From positions 8,618,001 through 8,682,000 of the forward strand of contig NC_092672.1 of assembly GCF_964355755.1 (NCBI RefSeq): 64,000 nt of DNA. Direction: 5' to 3'. Below are positions 38,900 to 64,000 of the stretch, piece after piece; the stretch's first letter is position 1; the number at the start of each line of letters is the position of its first letter. Both the position numbers and the translations under genes were made by a program. The stretch comes from Antedon mediterranea. Its lineage: Eukaryota; Animalia; Echinodermata. Under the pieces are notes generated by a model, which searched no databases, had not been told where the DNA came from, and saw only the letters and a program-made list of their open reading frames with translations.

Positions 38900-39780
38900 G
38901 AAAGAAATAAATACACAGTGTAGAATAGGCCTGCTGGCCTACCTTATCATAGAATAGTTAGCTAGGCCTAGGCTATAGTAGTAAATAGCCTAATAGGCTG
39001 GCCTAGTAGAGGCCAACCTGGCCTTTTTAGATAAACATTATTAATTACATTAGGGGCCTAAAATAAATTAAGCATAACCTAGACATATAGGCCGGCAGGG
39101 GGAAATTTCATTTTAAAATTTTGTTTAGCAATCAAACTGATTTTTTAGTCGAGAAACATAGTTTTGTATTGTATTTTATGCTAGCTAGCCTAGGCCTAGG
39201 GCCCTAGGCAATCTGGCAGGCCTACACAATTTTAGAAATTTGTAGCAAAAAGGTTGTTTTGTATAGCTTTTTGCTATGCTACACTGGCGAAATCTGTAGT
39301 CTTCTTCTATAATCATCGTTCAACTATTATAGGTGAACCATAGAATAGATAGTTGGATAGGTAGGCTAGTGCAAGCACTGTAGTAAATAGTAGAGGCTAG
39401 CTTAGGCCTTAGGCCTGCTGTCCCTATTTGACAGACACTTGTTGATGATTCAGTCCACGCGTCAGGCAGTCGTCATCAGCTGTCAGATGCAAGTCTTGCT
39501 CCTCCCTCACTACCTTGCCTCCTCTTTTTCAGGCTATCGTTATATTCTTCCCAAAAGGCAGATAATTTTTTAATTGATACATATATGAGTAATAAATAAT
39601 ACTTATTTTGTTCGCTAAATTAATATTGATCAAAATTACTAAATAGCAACAACTTACAGCATTAATTTATGACAACAATGCATTGTTTTCACAGGTGGTG
39701 TGAATCACAATTTGTTTTGTTTATATACTCGAGCGTGTACGTACATCGAGCGGAACTGAACTCGAGCGGAAAAATATATA
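38900..39780 (-). promoter_or_regulatory. Probable promoter and non-coding first exon region of the SAM gene
   Basis: Local CpG enrichment with repeated TCGAGCG and GCGGAA (ETS-like) motifs at ~39729-39771, a donor gtaagtt at 39657, and a cluster of TAGGCCTA-type motifs at 38925-39420. Inferred; no transcript data. Confidence 0.45.
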
Positions 39781-40759
39781 AATGGAACGCCGAATATGCA
39801 TTAATCATGGATAAAGTCTTGCAATAGCCATGCTAATCATTAAACGAACACATTCATAGGTTTAGTCTTTTTATAACTTTTTAAATTGAACATTAATCTT
39901 ACAAATGGCTATATGTAATATAATGTACATAGGCCTAGTAATGAAATAAGGAATAAATAATTTTTTAATAATTTTTTCTACCAACCTCCCCCTGAAAAAT
40001 ATTTTTTATTTCAAATTTGATTTTGAATGTGTCATTTTATTGTCACATAATTAGAATTAAAACTAATTATAACATAATAGTTATTCACATTAATTAACCA
40101 AACAATTATTTACCTAAATAAAATGTAATTTCAAGCAAAAAATACTTATAAATTGTTATAATTAAACGTTTCTTTTATCTTTTTATATGTGAATAAATAT
40201 TATTTTTTTGTTACAGAAGTGAATAACTTTTGTATTTGAAGTAAAATACAAGAAGAATTCATACTTTGATATGAAACAGACTCAATTTCTGTCACTTTAG
40301 TTGATTTTATTGCTAAGGTCAAGTCTAGGGTCACTTCATCAAGCCTAGACACTAGTAATCCTATTACAAACAAAAACTTTACTATTAGTACTATATGGAC
40401 TCTTTTGATAATTCAATGATTATCTTACAGCAAATAACAGTATTTTAATATCAGTCTAGATTGACAGTCAAATGGGACTCATTGTATATACCAGAAATAA
40501 TGTTTTGATTATTTGACAGTGAATTATTATAATAATGGCCTAGGTTCTATCTACATGCATCTATATAATACTGTATTATCAGCAAATTTTGTCATAGACT
40601 CTCTTCTCCCATATGTGCTTTAGGATTTGTAATTTTTAGCATGACCTGTCGTAGTTTACAAAAAAAACAAAAATGTCAGGCTCTAGAAGTTTAACTGCTG
40701 CTTGCTTTCAGCTTCTGAATGAGTAGTCCTCTTGGGAGGTAGCTGGCTAAAGCAGCAGA

Positions 40760-40820
40760 GTGCAAAAACACACACACAGAGCCAGTGATGTTATAATTAA
40801 AGTATTAATTGTTTATTTCA
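40760..40820 (-). terminator. Candidate polyadenylation site of USP32 (would give a ~4.3 kb 3' UTR)
   Basis: AATAAA on the minus strand at ~40812-40817 followed by a TGTGTGTGTTTTTG GU-rich element; other AATAAA hexamers exist in this AT-rich region. Confidence 0.35.
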
Positions 40821-43800
40821 TTATAGGATAAATTATACTTCTAAACATATTCATAGTTCGGTAGAAAACAATTTTCACAGCTTTTAATATAAACAAACAT
40901 TGTTAATAATTGCATTAATCAAGTCCTATAACAATACTTGTTTGTAAAATACACACAAACTTAAGCACAGAGAATGTCAGTGATATTCTATCAGTGATGT
41001 CATAAGTAGTATGCACGTTTAAACAAGATGTGCAATTAACGTCTGTTGAATGTGCAGGTAATATCTAATTCTTCTGCTCAACTTTGTACACATCTTATCT
41101 ATTAACAAGTCACATTAAAATAAATTGCAATAGTATTTATACAGTTATATGTTTCATTACTTACCGACACATGCCTCTTTCCAAGTAAAGATGCTTGGTC
41201 ACGATACCAAAGACAATTCTAATTGCAATTTTTCATTTTTTTTTATAGTAGTAAAAAGATAAAAAAATGATATAACCAGGCAAGTTCCTGATATAAAATA
41301 ATATAACAATTGTTTTGTCATTATGTGTACAAAATACAGAATAATATAGGATAGAGTAAAACCCCTATTAAAAGAAGACTTTTGGACCCAACAAAGTATC
41401 CCCTTAATAGAGGTGTCCCAGAGGAGAATTCTCCAGTATGTATTTGAGCCATTTAGGTTTAGGGTACTACACTGAATTTTACAGCAGTAACACACAGGCT
41501 ATATGGAGACACACTGTACAGTAAGAGGTGTAACAATTTATATACAGACACTAAACAGATTAATCAACAGGAGGCAGGTGGTTGAAAGCAGGTAATATGC
41601 AAATTTATGTATAATTCTATTAGTGTATTAAATTCATGTTTAAATTATTGCTTTTGAAAACGATTTAAATAATGATGTTACTGATAATAGTCAAAATGTG
41701 AATGATGATTATGTGTTTGTTTTATTTTATTGTTTAGATTTATATTGATGTATTCGGGCCAATGGCCTATGTATAAAAAATGACCTATAGGCAATGCTCC
41801 TAGGAAAGAAAGAAAGTGTGTACTGCGACAATAAAATGAATAAGGCTACGGTCAACCACTGTGCTATCAATTACAACATATCTATATGTTATAAAAACAT
41901 AACCCCATACTTAAAAATTAAATGTAAACAAAATGAAACTGTAACTAAAACATTGTATGGAAGACGTCAAAACGCAGACAGTATTATAGACATATTGGAG
42001 AATATTATGATAGTACACAAATGGCCCCATCGTAGAGGAGCTGAACAACAAAATTGGCTTTAGTTTTTAATATCACTTTTTACATATAATCGTACATAAT
42101 CAATAAAACATATTTAAAATTAAGTTAACACATTTAAATGCATAGTTGGAAAATTATAAACAAAATTATACATCTGTAATTGCACAAAATGCTAACATAA
42201 AAAAAACCTAAAATACACAGAATATAATATACTACATTCATTTTTCATATAAACACTGTGTATAACCATTCTAGCATAACTGGTTCATATTTCAATATAT
42301 AACATTCTCTCTTCTATCCGAGTTTCTTTTAAAAAGGAAAACAAAATAAAAAAAATAAAATAAATTCAACATAATAACACAATTGCCTTTTAAAAACTTA
42401 CAATCAAATATACAAATGACATCATTATATTATGATCATATGCTTATAACTTTGGCTCTAAATATTCAATTAATTTCAAACCTATCTTTTACAAATTAAT
42501 ATTTATAAGTATCGTTGAAAAAGGTGGAAACAGAAAATCTGAGAAATTTATGAATAATAATAAAGGTTGTTACCAAAATAGTTCTAAAAATGAATATCAT
42601 TAGAATATACTGTAATTTGGCAGAAGAGGTGGGGCAGCTTGATTATGACAAGTATGATACGGTAGCCTATCTGTTTGTTCCTTGCAAACAATATTATTTA
42701 TATAAACAATAAACAAAACAATAAACAGTAAAATAGCATCACTTAGTAACAAAACAAAGTACATAAACTGTTTTTATTATTTACGAGTTCTGAGACTAAG
42801 TGTATTTAAGTAGATTTCGCCTTATAAAAAAATACATTTTAAATGAAAGTACGGCATTTCAGTTCAATTTCAACAGATAGTTTTGATATCAAAATAAGAT
42901 CACTTAAATATTATATTTAAAAACTCTGTTTTATGATATGTCAAGGTATAATCTATTAAACATTATTATTATAAAGAGTTATTTAATACCAGATATAACT
43001 ATATCAATGTTATAGCATTGTATCGCAGCTGATGTTGGCAACTAAAATGATTTTAAGGGTTACAAAGATTTGGCAAAAAATCTAATAACTCGGCAGTATG
43101 CATAAATTAATTTAATTATTATTCGTATTGATACAACAAAACCTCATGGAAAGTTATTTTTATTCTGTTGTTTAAATTTAGAAGCCCAACTGAAACACAC
43201 CTGTTTTGGGGCTATCCTGGTAAAAATTAATATGCAAATTGTTTACCTGTTTTTTTTAAAAACATTTTATATAAGAATGTTGTTTATAAACTAAATACTA
43301 TTTTACAGTATTTAGTAATATTTTATATCTTGTTATCTGCTTTGAATGTGTTTTTACATCTTTTTAAATCTAATTTCTAGTGTATTTTGCTTGTAATTTT
43401 GTTCTTGTATATTGTTATTGAAATTGATTTTGACCATATAAAGAATTAATGCATTAATTATGGTCAAAGCCAAACTTCCGATATGGATTTGTTATTATAT
43501 GAAAGTTTGTGAGCATCAATAGAAATTTAAAAATAACATATCTTCAAAATACATGAAATTAAGTGGAATGGAATGAAATCATAAAATTAATGATATGAAT
43601 ATTTATTGATAAAAAAATTAAAGGAATAAGAAAGGAAAAAACATGAACTTAAAAAATAAAACACATTCCTTTTTTAATATTGTACCATATTTCTGGTATC
43701 AAAAGCTTCTTAAATTATTCAATTATTTGCAATAAATGAATTGTATACAATCTGACATTGGATTAACTAACCTGTCTTATAGGTAGCCTTCCATACTTTA

Positions 43801-44509
43801 TCAATGATTTTTTAAATTTTTTTTCATTCATTTTATCCTTTTTCATATAATTTCTTCATGTCTTTGCATAAAATCCCATCTTCTGTACAATTGGTCCTTA
43901 GTAACATTGGTTTTATATTTATGTGACTTGGCCATCATATTTTTTTTTATCAATACTTAAATTCATGTCATACCTCGTATGAGATCTCAATCAAATATAT
44001 ATATATAATTATTTATTTACTATAATATATATTACATTAACAAAGTGGTTTCACCCAGATATTGTCTAAAAAACCTAATACATCTTGTATGTTTTATTAT
44101 AGGCTAGTACCCTTCACAAGGTGATCCTTTCTCTTTACAATAAATTTATTAAATAATTATTATATCATCCTTAGAAGATGAAACAAAAGAATGAGTATTA
44201 AACCGAGAGATGCTAAAATATTACAATCTTTCATCAGGGCTACTGAAAGTTCTTGGAAAAAAGATTTTTATTATAAAAAATAATCTTATTATAGTTTAAT
44301 TGTTATAATCAGTTGTTTTTAATTGTTAAAATAGAAAACTTCTCTAAAAATGTCAGAAATTGTTTTTTTTTTCATCTTGCAATTTGTTCCATATATTCAT
44401 GGTATATATTTGTAGCTAAAATTTTAATATTTCTAGTTGCAATTCTTTTGACAAACAAATTTTACTAAGTATTTACGATTTCTTCAAAGCAAGCATTTGT
44501 TGGTGGTAA

Positions 44510-44836
44510 TGCACTTGTCAATTGTATGACCCACTATACGACCCACGGGAGAGGTGCGTCATTTACAAATAATTACTGACGCAGGGGTGCGTCAAAAAAC
44601 CTAGATGGTACGTCACATCAATGAACAAGGTGTGTCAATGTCCGTCACTTTACCACCCACCATATCATAAACAACATGGCCACAGTGCGTCAAAATGGGT
44701 GCGTCATGGTCACCTAAAGGTAAGTCACCTTTTTGACGCACGGGTGTGTCATGGTATTCAAAAGTATGACGCACATATGACAAATGACGCACCTCTCCCG
44801 GGGGTCGTATAGTGGGTCATGCAATTGACAAGTGCA
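44510..44836. mobile_element. MITE with long (~54 bp) terminal inverted repeats in the USP32 3' UTR region
   Basis: TGCACTTGTCAATTGTATGACCCACTATACGACCC..GGGAGAGGTGCGTCATTT mirrored at the right end; TAA on both flanks; internal TGACGCA/TGCGTCA repeats. Confidence 0.88.
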
Positions 44837-45151
44837 TAAGATACAGGCCATTATATGATAAATGTTCACCTGTTGTTTCTCTGACCATTAAGAAAGTACA
44901 TTAAAAGACAAAGTAGTCCTAAGGTTCAACAGTATATTGATATGATAATGTAATCATAAATGATAATTCTGAAAAATGATCCTAAAATACACCTTTCTAT
45001 TGTACATAGCCATGTCTATATACGCTATATTATTGCATGTCCACTTCTGTAAAACCATCCACTAGGTTAGTGATGTCTTATGCTTCATCAACATCCACAG
45101 TCGAAAGAACCCTGCTCCGACATAACCAGCCAACTTACCACGTTCCACTAG

Positions 45152-63158
<18,007 letters not shown>

Positions 63159-64000
63159 CTGAAGTATAAAGAATAACTTCATTAAAACTGCAAAATGGCC
63201 TATTCGAAGTCCGAGTTTATAAATATTTTATTTTTCCTGATTTTGGGGTCAATACATCTTTAATCTATTAGTAAATTCTGGAGTACATCTTCTTTGGAAA
63301 AATGTTGTTGCCGAGGTAAAATACAGTAATTTTTTCTATCATTTAATATTTCTTCTTTTATATTCTTGATACAATGATATGGAGAATTATTTTCTTAATC
63401 TTCTTTAAGCATCATAACGTGACCACATAGTCTTATTATATTAATCTTTCTCTCATTAGAGTTGAAAAATTACAAATAGAATTCCAAGCAGACATGTTCC
63501 AGTTTATCTACAGATTAAATTTGTCTTTTGAACATAAGCCAAGTCTATTAAAGAAAAAAAGACAAAGAGACTAGCTTGTAAGAATCAGCACTATTTTACT
63601 ATTATGCACATATAAGACAGTTTAACGATTGACAGACTTAATACCAGAGCATAATCTTAGTTAGAAGAAACTGTATTATGATTTTATGATTCAAGCTGAA
63701 TAACTCCATTTTGAATGATGCATTGTGGGATAAGGGAATTTTTTTTTCTGTGTATATTATAACATTTTTAGATAAAAGCTTTTCATGCCAAAACCAATAA
63801 AAGATTTATATGAATTTATACTGTGTGTATAAGAATAAAGCAATTTTTACATTGATTTTACAAGATTATATCACTGTTTGTATTGTCTACAGTAATTTAT
63901 ATTGACACTATAATACCGCATTGCAAAGTAACAATAACGAGACAGAAGACATTGAGAATTCAATTAAATTAAATAAAATATGTGTTTTGTATTAAAATTA

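Overview
AT-rich, intron-rich eukaryotic (invertebrate animal) genomic DNA, so most ORFs in the six-frame track are spurious. Two spliced genes can be assembled on the minus strand with GT-AG sites and consistent intron phases. (1) The 3' 22 coding exons of USP32 (45152-63158, ~1307 aa visible: EF-hand remnant, DUSP, USP catalytic domain with Cys and His boxes, C-terminal CAAX CVIQ); its 5' end lies beyond the window. (2) Downstream, an unidentified tandem-SAM-domain gene (probable ATG at 32613, 7 coding exons down to position 92, continuing off the left edge), whose two SAM domains share the same exon architecture; its probable promoter is at ~38.9-39.8 kb. Introns and UTRs carry many non-autonomous transposons: PIF/Harbinger-type MITEs, a Harbinger derivative with a Myb/SANT remnant, a piggyBac-type element, a Helentron/DINE-1-like element, Kolobok-like and Tc1/mariner-like MITEs, tRNA-derived SINEs, LINE tails and tandem repeats. 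I found no convincing new biological system. The best leads are a window-wide excess of TACAGTA/TACTGTA (possible Tc1/mariner excision footprints), a Harbinger carrying both a Myb remnant and putative 9-bp binding sites, a candidate 15-nt microexon, alternative N-termini of the SAM gene, a hairpin MITE in the USP32 3' UTR and a possible BEN-domain remnant. All coordinates were read by eye.
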